Assembly: GCA_051362555.1 (NCBI GenBank)
Contig: CM120646.1
Span: 6,386,001 to 6,450,000 of the forward strand
From: Lingula anatina
Taxonomy: Eukaryota; Animalia; Brachiopoda
DNA length: 64,000 bases
Direction: 5' to 3'
Shown here: one piece after another, positions 25,567 through 36,770 of the stretch
Layout: every line of letters starts with the position of its first letter
Position numbering within the stretch: the first letter of the stretch is position 1
Notes under the pieces: generated by a model
What the model was told of the DNA's origin: nothing
What the model saw: only the letters and a program-made list of their open reading frames with translations
The model's database searches: none
Translations under genes and position numbers: made by a program

Positions 25567-26359
25567 GAAAAAAAGACAAAGTGAGTCACGTCAGTCACAC
25601 AAACATTTTGTGTTTATTCCGTATTTTTTAATGTACCAATTATATATATGTGTGACAAGGGTGCTGAGCTTTCTTATGCACCTATTTGATGGGTCTCTCC
25701 GAGGCACACTGCGATCGGCACAAGTCGGACCATAAATCAGCTCAGCAACTGTAAGATACTGTTAGACATCATGTACTGCTCGACCAGATCACACGTGACT
25801 GCCCCTCGACCGATCGGTGAGCGTCAAAATTGGTGAACATGTAAAAATAATCTGTTATTTTAATATACCTTAATATTCACACCGTATGGTATGTTGTTGA
25901 TAAACCCTATTATAACAGTAGAGATAAGTTCAACCGTCTTCTCCTCATTTATGTTATCAGGAAAGATAAGTTCAACCGTCTTCTCTTCATTTATGTTATC
26001 TTTCCAATTGCATAAAACAACGTCAGCGCTAGAAATATATTATATATATTTATATAAATATATTTATAGAAATATTTTAAGCATTTTCTCATCTATCACC
26101 GATATGTAAACGTGTGCAGAACTAAGAACAGAGTATTGACCTGTTTTCGAGCTCTATAAAGTCAACAACTGGGTCTTCTTCACAAGATTGTAACAATTAT
26201 CATATCATCCATGGATATAATATTAAAATTATCCTCGACTTCTGTTTTATAACTGTCCAGCTTTTTTTTCAATATATGTACTGAACACTTCAGGAATCTC
26301 GTGAATCTAATTATTATCAACTGTACAGTCTTCTTGTAGACAACAAAGAAGACGGGGAG

Positions 26360-27463
26360 TTAGTGCAAGGGGAAAACATCCGGAAAGAAATTGGGTTCAT
26401 CCTTCTCACTCCCATACAGGATATTCCTTACTTTCGGTAAATTTCTCCAACGCAGAATCTTTTGAATACCCGGATGGGACTTATTGAATGCAGTGGTTAT
26501 AAACTTTGTAGAAACCCTGTATTCCATACTGTGTTTTCTGTTGGCTTTTCCTGGGATGTCAAAATATATAGCCTGTCTCTTAAAAGTCTGAAGCAAGCTG
26601 ATCCTCTTCCGGTCAGTGGTTTTAACCATGTTCTTCTTGTGAAACCACGTTCTGAAATAATCACGCGGTATACGGAAATCGTTGGAATCGGTGTAGGCTC
26701 CCTTCAACTTATTCTGCCAGTGAGTTCTTGGATTATTTGCGTACACCGCGTTGCAAAGTACACGATTTGAATTATAAAACATCGCAGATATGTGTATGAC
26801 AAACCACTGAGAAAACCACCATGATGTGTGATCTAAATCGGTGATGTATGGCAACATGAAGGAAATCGTATGGCGGTGGAACCCGTTGAAAATAGCATCG
26901 AAATTATATTTCACTCCCACTGGGGCTGGAGCATCATGGATGTTAAACATATATCTTGGAAACCCAACTGCCGGTTGAAAATCAAGTAAAAACAGTTCAA
27001 ATCGATCAAAAGGGTTGCGTGGTAAATCTTTTCTCCACCAGCGTTTCGTATCATTCTCATTAGTTAGAAACAAATCATCGTCCAGAAATAGGTAGTACAA
27101 GTAGCCACCGTCATTCCTTTTAGATGCACGGTCAATTGCTTCCAAGAGCAGCCGGTTACGACCTTCTGTGAGAGTGCTGTTTGGAAAGTAGATGTCGCCT
27201 GTTTTGTCTCTGTACGTCAGCCATATTATTTCTCTGTTCGGCGATGCGTTTAGACCGGGAATAGGGTGTCTTGATGCTCCTTGGACGAGGTAGACAAACT
27301 GCGGTAGTTCTTTCTGTGGTAGTACTGTCCTTTCTGGGGGTCTGTCTTTACTTTTGTTAACTGACGTCACTGTGACCCCCGAAATTTCCATATTCAGTAT
27401 CCTTATGAGTATCACAGAAACAACAGCAAACAAAGCTATGTGTATGAATTTCTTCATCTCCAT
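26360..27463 (-). CDS. Intronless type-II membrane protein, putative GT-A (DxD) glycosyltransferase-like, copy 1 (367 aa)
   Basis: ATG at 27463 lies 7 nt after a polypyrimidine-AG acceptor, so the longer 27607 ORF start is intronic. N-terminal KK + hydrophobic anchor (FIHIALFAVVSVILIRIL), then FVYLVQ, EGRNRLL, YLYYLFLDDD, FDAIFNGFH, SWWFSQ. A candidate non-coding first exon has its donor at ~28510 and TATATA at ~28578. Confidence 0.85.
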   Translation of the reverse strand: MEMKKFIHIALFAVVSVILIRILNMEISGVTVTSVNKSKDRPPERTVLPQKELPQFVYLVQGASRHPIPGLNASPNREIIWLTYRDKTGDIYFPNSTLTEGRNRLLLEAIDRASKRNDGGYLYYLFLDDDLFLTNENDTKRWWRKDLPRNPFDRFELFLLDFQPAVGFPRYMFNIHDAPAPVGVKYNFDAIFNGFHRHTISFMLPYITDLDHTSWWFSQWFVIHISAMFYNSNRVLCNAVYANNPRTHWQNKLKGAYTDSNDFRIPRDYFRTWFHKKNMVKTTDRKRISLLQTFKRQAIYFDIPGKANRKHSMEYRVSTKFITTAFNKSHPGIQKILRWRNLPKVRNILYGSEKDEPNFFPDVFPLH

Positions 27464-29346
27464 CTGTGTTCTGATTAAAAGAAAAAGAAAAAGAGGAAAC
27501 ATAATCAAATATAACAATTCCAGGGTTTCTGTGAATGTAATATGGGACTGTATGGTAACCAGCATCGATCGCTTTTTAAATAACAAAATAATGAGGTACA
27601 ATTTCACATGTTATAGAAATAAAAAAAATACAAAAAAAAAAAAAAAAAAAAAAATGCTATTCTTTCAATGAAAACGTCTCCAAACTTGGGTCCCCTATGT
27701 AATACTCTCACACACCGTGGCGAATATAAGTTATCATAATATATTTTTAATAGGATCAAACTTAAAAATAATTGTCAATTAGAAAAATGAGTTCAATGGT
27801 ACATATATGAGCCATTCACACTCATGCAATTTCAATATATTATTACACGTGTTCAGTAAATAATTTATCCGGTTGATATGCAAATTACGTCAGATTCTAT
27901 GACAATTACCCAACCTTATCTCCTCTTATCACAGCTAAGTCGTGGTGCTGAGTGTATAGCTCAACGCACAGGGTTAACTTTGATGTTTAAAGGCAAATAT
28001 TGTGCGCCATGTCCTTGTCGCAAAAAAGCACTGTCGGTCCATACTTGTCATTTTCAACTTTGATGTATGTTCACTAGTTTGAGAGCAATTACATAAAAAA
28101 GCCTATGCCAGACCATATCATATTTTTTCACGGAGACACCGTACTAGTAGGACCGTAAAGATAAATTTCTAATCATTACCGTAAGAAGTAAAGTGAATAT
28201 ATTTAATGGAACTGTATATACAACCACGGCTGCAGAAAAAAAGTCACCGAAGAAACTCTAAGAAATAAGAAATGAATCGGGTACACTTTTGAATTTGAAC
28301 TCTATTTTAGACCCACAAGTGCCATTTGCAACTTCTCTCGTGGTAGTGCACAAGCCAATTTTATAGGACTGCACTTGGTAATGTTTGGTGTTGTCATGTA
28401 ATATGATATACAGCAATATGGTGATGGTAAATACTGTGACGTTGGATGCAATATTCTTATTAAAGTCAGTTGCCTCAAAGGGTAAAGGTATATGCTATCA
28501 CAGAAAGTACCTGTAACTATTCTTTAGTTAACTGCGTATCAATAATACTGCTGTTGCTAATTATTCTGATAAATTCATATATAAGGCAAAACACAACTGG
28601 CCACGAGTGGGTGCAAACTAACACCCTATTACAGCTGTACTAACCTGGTTTTTAACAGTACGTTTTGTCCTGCGTCCGTCCAGTGGCTCTCTTCTAGTAC
28701 TGTGCACTGACAAGTTACAGTAAAATGCAGTCAAGATATGAATCTATTCATCGCAAAATCTTTGGCCATACGAAATGATACATGTATGCAAATTATCAAA
28801 ATTATCATGATGGTCTGACCAACAACTTTGGTAATTTCAGGTTATACGAACAAAATGATATAGTACAGGCCCGTAGCCAGCAGTTTGAAAAGGTGGGGGG
28901 GGGGGGTCTTTTCTGAAAAATGGACCTTTTACCCTGAAAAATTCGTTACCCAGTGGGGACCTTTTACCGGCAAAAAAAAGGGGGGGGGATTCCTACAAAC
29001 CTGCCGCCCACCCTGGCTACGGACACGTACATGTAGTAGGCCTACTACTTTGCAGCCCCGTATTATATACGTGTGCCTGTGTACCTGTACATGTATATTC
29101 TGGGAAGGGGGGGGGGGGGTCAGTCTATTATTTGACATACATTAAACGGGCGGATGGAGGCCGTCTTCTGGGTCTCCTCGAAGACGATCAGAATTTTTCA
29201 AGTTTTACATTGATGGAAGACGGTCAAAAACTTTCAGGATTTTATAGTACCTTTATTTCGCCAGTACTATAAATGAAGAACATACATCGATAATTTTGTT
29301 GATGATCTTGTTACTTTGACTGCGACAGCATTTCATCTTTTGCTTA

Positions 29347-29568
29347 TACCCCCTTTACACTGGACGGCGTCCTTTCTGCGTCCTTTCTGCGACCATGAAA
29401 TTTGGCATCGCTGTGGTCTTAATAAGGAGGCACAAGCACTGATTTTGTATCAGAATGAATGCTCAATGATCGGCCAGTTGTCGGCCGTAAAGTATTATAA
29501 TTTTTCAACTCTCAAATGGGGCCGTACTGCTGGACGCAGAAAGGACGCCGTTCAGTGTAAAGGGGGCT
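29347..29568. mobile_element. PIF/Harbinger-like MITE, TTA TSD
   Basis: TIR CCCCCTTTACACTG.ACGGCGTCCTTTCTGCGTCC with TTA on both flanks. The empty site is present in the paralogous unit at ~34010. Confidence 0.85.
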
Positions 29569-31573
29569 TTACTAACTTCGGTGACAATAAATGTCATGGG
29601 ACTATGGTCGCCTCGAGTTGTTTAGATCTTATCAAAATCTTGAAGCATGCGCATCCGGAGGCATTACTTTCATGAAACCCAACCCCACTCAGAATCATCG
29701 CTATCACACCGTATACAAGAGCGGTGTCGCGCCTGATACTTGGAAGCGCGTACTGAAGTACACCTTGAAAACGGTTAGTGTGGTCCGATCTACCGGTGAA
29801 TTCAAGATCATTCGGTGCCGAGTCTGGTAGTTGGGTAGGCCTGTTTCTAGGAGACCAGAATCGTTTTCGCGGAAGGAAACAAGAGTGGATGGGGGAAGAG
29901 GTGACCGGAGATGAACGTCTGCCGCAACCAGGTGACCTCTACCGTGAAAGCCGGTTGTGTGTAATTTGGGGGTGGGGACGGATGGGGAGGGGGGCGGCCC
30001 CTGTGGGGTCCTCCTTTGTTATTTGTGATTAAAATTCTGATTTTTCAAAATTTCAACATGGCAACGATCTTGTGAGTATGCTTTCCTCTTATAATATGCA
30101 TCTTATTTTGCTTTATGTTAATAAATTTTGGAAAATGTAAGATTAAACACACAAAAATTATCAGGAACGGGTACACTTAACTTCACAGAGTTGGGAAAGT
30201 ACGTTAAGATCCTGAATCGGCTGTTAAGCAGAGATGACATGAAATCGTCTCTCGTGCAAACGCTTACCGCTTAGAATATGCATCGTATTTTGCTTAATAT
30301 GCATGAAATTGTAAATAAAACACATACAAAAATTATCAGGGAAGAGTATACATAACTTCACAGAGATGCGAAATTTAATCGGCGGATAAACAGCGATAAC
30401 ATGAAGTCGTTTTTCATGAATTACACACTAAAAAGTAGGGACCGGATATAGTTAATTTAATTCGTCTCATTTAATTTTCATGTGACCGGGTTATTACGTC
30501 ATCAGTGGAAATCTCCACTATTTACACTATGTCCTGCTTGGCCGAATCTAAATGGGGAAACGAGCTAGCTGTGGTTTTGCTGTCGTGCGAGTCTGAAGGA
30601 AACGAAACAGGATTGGGTTACAACATCTGTGATTACACACTCACAGGACAGGATTTATTTACACATTGTTGTTTTATAAAAAAATAGAGTGCAAGTCAGG
30701 TATTTACATCCCTAAATAAGACGATTTGTAGGCCTACAGTTCACGGGTATGGGAGATAATACTTTGTACTGCAGTTGAGGAAACGATGGTACAACAACCT
30801 GATTCTGGCCCCATCAAAATTTGCGACAAGAAGCAATTTTTCTCTCTGGTTGATGTGCCGTAAAAAATCCCTGATATGACCAAAAACATGGCATTACCAT
30901 TCTGGGAGTTTCTTTTCCATAATGTACAGCTGCAAAACAGACTGTTATATCTATCAGATATAAGTGCTGTTTGAGTGTTATTTTCGGTTAAGATTTAAAG
31001 CGTTTCAATGTTTGGAAACACCAAATTGTTTGTTATAATAAGATAAATTCATCCCCTTTCATGTGAAAGCACCCCATTGTAATCCAACAGAAAGGAATAT
31101 TTTTAAAGACTTTCAAAGATGATAACCCGTTGCTGTTATCTGGTATCATGGACGTGCAGGAGATACATATGTTCAAGATATTTGTATTTCATACTTAAAT
31201 TGCACAGTGCACGATTCACACTTATAGAATATAGAATAAAACTGGGAATTTAAACATTTTCCCTATATCACCTATGTAAACAGTTGAGCACAAAGCAGAA
31301 ACCTGTTTTCGAGCTCTCAATTCACCAACTGCCTCTTTTTTTTTACAAGATTTTAATGGTATAAATTTCATTCATGGATATTATAGTAAAATATCCCCGA
31401 CTTTCGTTTTTGATCTGTCTAGCTAGGAGAGGCACTTTCGTTTTTGATCTGTCTAGCTAGGAGAGGCACTATTCTCTTCAATTTTTGAACTGACCATCAC
31501 AATCAGTAAAAAATAATGTTAATCTGATTATTAACTGTACTGTCTCTACGTAGAAGGCGAAGAACATAGGGAA

Positions 31574-32662
31574 TTAGTGCAAGGGGAAAACATCCGGAAA
31601 GAAGTCAGCTTCATTCTTCTCACTTCCATAGAGAATATTCCTTACTTTTGGTAAACTTCTCCAATGCAGAATCCTTTGAATACCTGGATGGGACGTATTG
31701 AATGCAGTGGTGATGAACTCTGTGGAAACTCTGTATTCCATATTGAGTTTTTTGCTGGCTTTCCCCGGAATGTCCAAATACATAGCCTGTCTTTTAAAGG
31801 TCCGAAGCAAGTTTATGTTTGCCCCGTCGATGGTTTTAACTTTGTTGTTCTTGTCGAACCACGTTCGAAAATAATCACGCGGTATGCGGAAATCGTTAGA
31901 ATAGGTGTAAGCTCCCTTCAACTTATTCGCCTGGTGATTTCTTGGGTTATTTGCGTACACCGCATTGCAAAGCACACGATTTGAATTATAAAACATTGCA
32001 GAGATGTGAATGACAAACCACTGTGAAAACCACCATGATGTGTGATCTAAATCGGTGATGTATGGCAACATGAAGGAAATTGTGTGGCGGTGGAACCCGT
32101 TGAAAATAGCATCGAAATTATATTTCACCCCCAATGGGGCTGGAGCCTCATGGATGTTAAACATATATCTTGTAAACCCAACTGCCGGTTGAAAATCAAG
32201 TAAAAACAGTTCAAATCGATCAAATGGGTTGCTTGGTAAATCTTTTCTCCACCAGCGTTTCGTATTATTCTCATTTCTTAGCAACAAATCATCGTCCAGA
32301 AAGAGGTAGTACAAGTAGCCACCGTCATTCCTCTTAGATGCACGTTCAATTGCTTCCCAAAACAGCCGGTTACGACCTTCTGTGAGAGTGCTGTTCGGAA
32401 AGTAGATGTCGCCTGATTTGTTTCTGTACGTCAGCCATATTATTTCTCTATTCGGTGTGGCCTTGAGACCGGGAATAGGGTGTCTGAATGCGCCTTGGAC
32501 GAGATAGACAAACTGCGGTTGTTGCGTTCTTTTTGGGGAATTATCTTTTCCTTTGCTAATTGATATCACTGAGACCCACGTAAGCGCCATATATAATATC
32601 CCTATGAGTGTCACAGAGACAACAGCATACAAAGCCACACGTATGTATTTCTTCATCGCCAT
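31574..32662 (-). CDS. Intronless type-II membrane GT-A-like protein, copy 2 (362 aa)
   Basis: Uninterrupted ORF colinear with copy 1 (same GRNRL, YYLFLDDD, SWWFSQ and C-terminal FFPDVFPLH). Same acceptor just upstream of the ATG and a homologous 5'UTR exon donor at ~33702. Confidence 0.88.
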   Translation of the reverse strand: MAMKKYIRVALYAVVSVTLIGILYMALTWVSVISISKGKDNSPKRTQQPQFVYLVQGAFRHPIPGLKATPNREIIWLTYRNKSGDIYFPNSTLTEGRNRLFWEAIERASKRNDGGYLYYLFLDDDLLLRNENNTKRWWRKDLPSNPFDRFELFLLDFQPAVGFTRYMFNIHEAPAPLGVKYNFDAIFNGFHRHTISFMLPYITDLDHTSWWFSQWFVIHISAMFYNSNRVLCNAVYANNPRNHQANKLKGAYTYSNDFRIPRDYFRTWFDKNNKVKTIDGANINLLRTFKRQAMYLDIPGKASKKLNMEYRVSTEFITTAFNTSHPGIQRILHWRSLPKVRNILYGSEKNEADFFPDVFPLH

Positions 32663-32809
32663 CTGAGTTCTGATAAAATATAAATAAATAGATAAAAATA
32701 AAATAAAAATAAAAAAGAGAAAACATAATCAAATATATAAATTTTGGGAATATAAAATGGGACTGTGTGCTAACCAGCAAAACAACGAGGCACATTTCAC
32801 ATATTACAA

Positions 32810-32840
<31 letters not shown>

Positions 32841-33176
32841 ATGAATAAATAAATAAATGAATAAATAAATAAATAATGATATATTTCTAGTAGGATCAAA
32901 CTTTTAAAATATTGTCATTTAAAATATTAGATAAATGTGTTCAAGAGTACATATATGACACTTTTATATTTATGCAAGTTCAATGTTTTATTACATGTGT
33001 TCAGTAAAATAATTTATTCGGTTGAGATGCAAATTACATCAGATTCTTTGACAATTACCCAAAATTACCCAACCTTATCTCCCCATGTCACAGCTAAGTG
33101 CTGGTGATGGATGTAGCTTAACACACAGGGATCGTTTTGATGTTTAAAGGAAAATATTGTGAACTATGTCCTTGTC

Positions 33177-33209
<33 letters not shown>

Positions 33210-34379
33210 CAAGTACTGTCGTTTTATACTTGTCATTTTCATCTTTGGCGTATGCATAGTAATTTGAAGGAAAGTTGGGCAATTAGAACAAAAAGCCTAT
33301 GACAGACCGACTCATATTTTTTTCACCGACACTGTACTAGTAGGACTGTAACGATATATTTTTCATCATTGTCGTAACAAGTAAAGTGAATAGCATTAAT
33401 GGGTCTGAACATAAAACCATCACTGCAGAAAAAGTTCATCAAAGGAAAAAAATAATTAAATTGTGTACACTTGTAAATTTGAACTGTATCTAAGACCCAC
33501 AAGTGCCATTTGCAACTCCTCTCGTGGTAGTGCACAAGCCAATTTTGTAGGACTGCATTTCGTAACGTTTAGTGTTGTCACTTTGATATACAGCAAGATG
33601 GTGATGGTAGGCCTAAATGCCGTGACATTGGGTGCAATATTCTCATTAAAGTAAATTATCTCAAAGAGTAAAGATATATGCTGCCACAAAAAGTAGGCCT
33701 ACCTGTAACTATTCTTTGGTCAAATACGTATCAATAATACTGATGTTGCTAATCATTCTGATAAATTCACATATACTGCTCAATACAACTGGCCACCAGT
33801 GGGCGCAAACTACTGGTAACTCCCTATTACAGCTATACTAACCTGTATCACTTCCGGTGGCTTTCTTCTAGGAGGCTGTCTTCTGGGTCTCCCGGAAAAC
33901 GGTCAGAATTTACATCGATGGGCACCTGATTTTTTCTATCGGTCGAATTTTTTTTAGGATTTCGTTGATGATCTTGTTGCTTTGCCTGTGACGGTATCCC
34001 GTGACTTTCTTACTTACTTCGGTGACAGCTGATGTCATGAGACTAAAGTCGCCTCGAGTGGTTTAGATCATATCAAAATCTTGAAGCATGCGCATCCGGA
34101 GATATTACTTTCGTGAAATAAAACGTGGTTGAGGAAAAAAGGAAAAAGGGCGATAACACGTGAGAAGAAATAAAAGATGGGGTACAGCCCTAATAAAATA
34201 GTTCGTAATCCTAATTCGTAATACGAATTTAAGTGTTGTGTGCTTTGGATAACTATTTATTTGTCTCTGTAGGATATTTCAGCCGAAATATTTATTATTT
34301 GAAACCCAAGCACTGAGTCTTTACATGTTTTGTGCCTGTCTTTCTAAGTAGGTGGTATTTGTTTACAACACCTTCGCTT

Positions 34380-34840
34380 CCTTCCCTCTGCTGTCTCCCT
34401 TTGTTGTTTGGAATACAAATTATAATTTAATTGAATTAAAAAAAGGATTCTGAATCTTATATATATTAGTTGGGAATATATTATGATCGTGTGTGAGATG
34501 AGAGTGGGGTGGGAAGGGTGAACCCCCCTTGAGGTCCTTCTTTTTTTTTTTTGGGGGGGGGATAAAATTGAATTGAATTGAATTGAAAAAAAAAACGACT
34601 CTGACACTTAGTTGGAAATATTTGATGATCGTGTGTGATTTGACGGTAGGATGGGCAGCCCATGGGGCCCGCCTTTGTTGTTTGTGATAAAAGTTCAATT
34701 TCAATAAATTTTCTAAAAATTATTCTGACACTTTGTTGGTAATATCTTATTATTGTGTGTGAGTGGGGTGGGGGGTGGGGGATTGGCTGGGGGGGGGGAG
34801 ACCCCCTTAGGTTCCCCCTTTTTTGTTTCGGATACAAATT
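34380..34840. repeat. Degenerate ~130-150 bp tandem repeat (about 3 units)
   Basis: Recurring TTGTT...ATA.AAATT...TCTGA.ACTT.GTTGG.AATAT...AT.GTGTGTGA...GGGGTGGG...CCCC blocks. Confidence 0.55.
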
Positions 34841-36321
34841 TTTTCAAGCAACTACGTGTAGAAACTAGTTTCGTTTTAAAAAAGGGACGGAAGAGTCAAC
34901 CTGCGATTTGCGTCTACTGCTACCAGGAAACCTTCGCCGTGGAAGCCGGGCAGGGTTTGTCAGTCTCTTCTCGCCATGCGACGAGACTGAGTCGACCGTA
35001 TTTTTTTTTTTTTTTAATTCACGAAAATTAATACAGGACATTTACAACACAATAAGAGACAAATACACCTTCCACACACCATTCACACACTACAAACAAA
35101 GTTTTTACAAATGTTGATTAAAAATACATGTAGAATTTTTTTTGAATAAAATAATCTTAGTAGGCCTAGGCTACGACAAATGTTCTTTTCTATTTATATC
35201 AATATTTTTTCTATACTGTCCCTTCATTGTTTACCCAGTTAATAAGTTACTAGAATCGTTCGTTTGTCTGTGTCTGTGGAGTGGGGGGGAGGGGGCACGG
35301 TGGGAAGGGGAACAGGGTTGGCCTCAAAGGTGTATTAGATTTTGGGAGAATGAGTTAAGCCACTGGGGGTCCTCGATTTCATTTTGGTGGATAAAATTCA
35401 TTTTAATTAATTTTTAAAAAAAAACATGATGGCATGCAGAAGCTAATGTCGTTTTTTGGAAAAAGAACCAAGGTTCTGACGTTTAACATGATTTTGACAC
35501 ATAGAATCAAGTGTTTTATAAGACCAAAGGTCTGGTTGTTCTTTGTACACATGACATCTAAATAAATCAATATTGATTGATTGATTGATACTAGGCTAAG
35601 TTTCATGCTTTTATCAACTTTTGCACAATTCTGGGAAAAAATTTGAACCAATCGTGCTCACAAGATAGGAGACATGTTAAAATTTTGATGCCCATGTCCC
35701 GTTGTGGTTACCAAGTATCGTGGGCGTGCAGATATATTTATCTGCCAATGTGTTCATCTTTTGGAGCATTTGCTCTCTGTTTTGATTGAGTATAATGGTG
35801 TTGTGAAACTTATGACCTAGGACCATATGATTCGGTTTCTGTAAGCTGGAGGCACAAGCTTGTGTACGTTGTTTTACCAGTGGATATTCAAAATTGTATG
35901 GTACAGGGACATTTACAAAGCAGTCGGTACGTTAAGGATAGGTTGAGTCAGGAACGGAGAAAAATAAAAAAAGGAAAAACACGCTCTATTCTTTTGAATA
36001 TACCTTTATAGTCATACACCATGGTACATTGTTGATAAACACTTTTATAACAGTAAATTAAAGGTAAGTTCAAGCGTCTACCCTTCATTTCTAAAATCTT
36101 TCAAATAATGCTTGAAATAACGTCAAAGCAGGAGATCTTTATATATACATGTTTATCATATTTAAATTAAACAATGCACGTTTCAAACTTATATAGAGAA
36201 AAAATAGAAATTTTATGAATTTCCCCATATCGGCTATTTATACTTGTGCAAAACCGCTGAGACAAGAGCATAAACCTATTTTTAGTCGCGCTCTAAATTG
36301 ATCCAACTGCATCTTCTTTAC

Positions 36322-36603
36322 CAGTGGCAGATTTGGGGGGGGGGGGGGGGGGGGGGGGAGGGGGTGTCAGGGGGTTCTGACCCCCTCGACTTCTGAAAAA
36401 AAAAATCACACCAATGGTCCCCTCTTGAAATTAGAATTTTGACTAGCTGAATCATAGTTCTAAACCGTACCAAATGCCCCCGTTAGCCCTCTAAAATACT
36501 AAAATTATACGGGGGCCCAAACACCACGACAAGGGAGGGATAGGTGTCGGCCTTGTATTCGCCGACCACTCCCCTCCTTTCAAATTATGCTGGATACCCC
36601 CTG
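36322..36603. mobile_element. CAG...CTG MITE with poly-G tract and 5-bp TSD (TTTAC)
   Basis: TTTAC|CAGTGGCAGAT ... GGATACCCCCTG|TTTAC. The empty site is in the copy-1 3' region (~26178). Confidence 0.7.
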
Positions 36604-36770
36604 TTTACGAGTGTGTAACAATTTTATCCATGGATGTTAAAATCAAATTGCCGTCGACTTCCATTTAATAATACTCCAGAAGGCGTTTTTTGTGCTAACC
36701 CGGACATCAGAAAATCCTTAATCCAGCAGTACTGTACTGTCTCTTTATGGAAGACGAAGGAAACGGGGAG

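Noticed and set aside
27464-27607. 48-aa N-terminal extension in the 415-aa ORF call
   Set aside because: It runs through a polypyrimidine-AG acceptor and is not open in copy 2; the conserved start is at 27463.
31401-31470. Short local tandem duplications (also 25923-26000, 30093-30420, 41552-41702)
   Set aside because: Ordinary two-copy slippage duplications in non-coding DNA with no further structure.
35403-35950. Possible LINE reverse-transcriptase remnant
   Set aside because: No diagnostic RT or endonuclease motif could be read in any frame.
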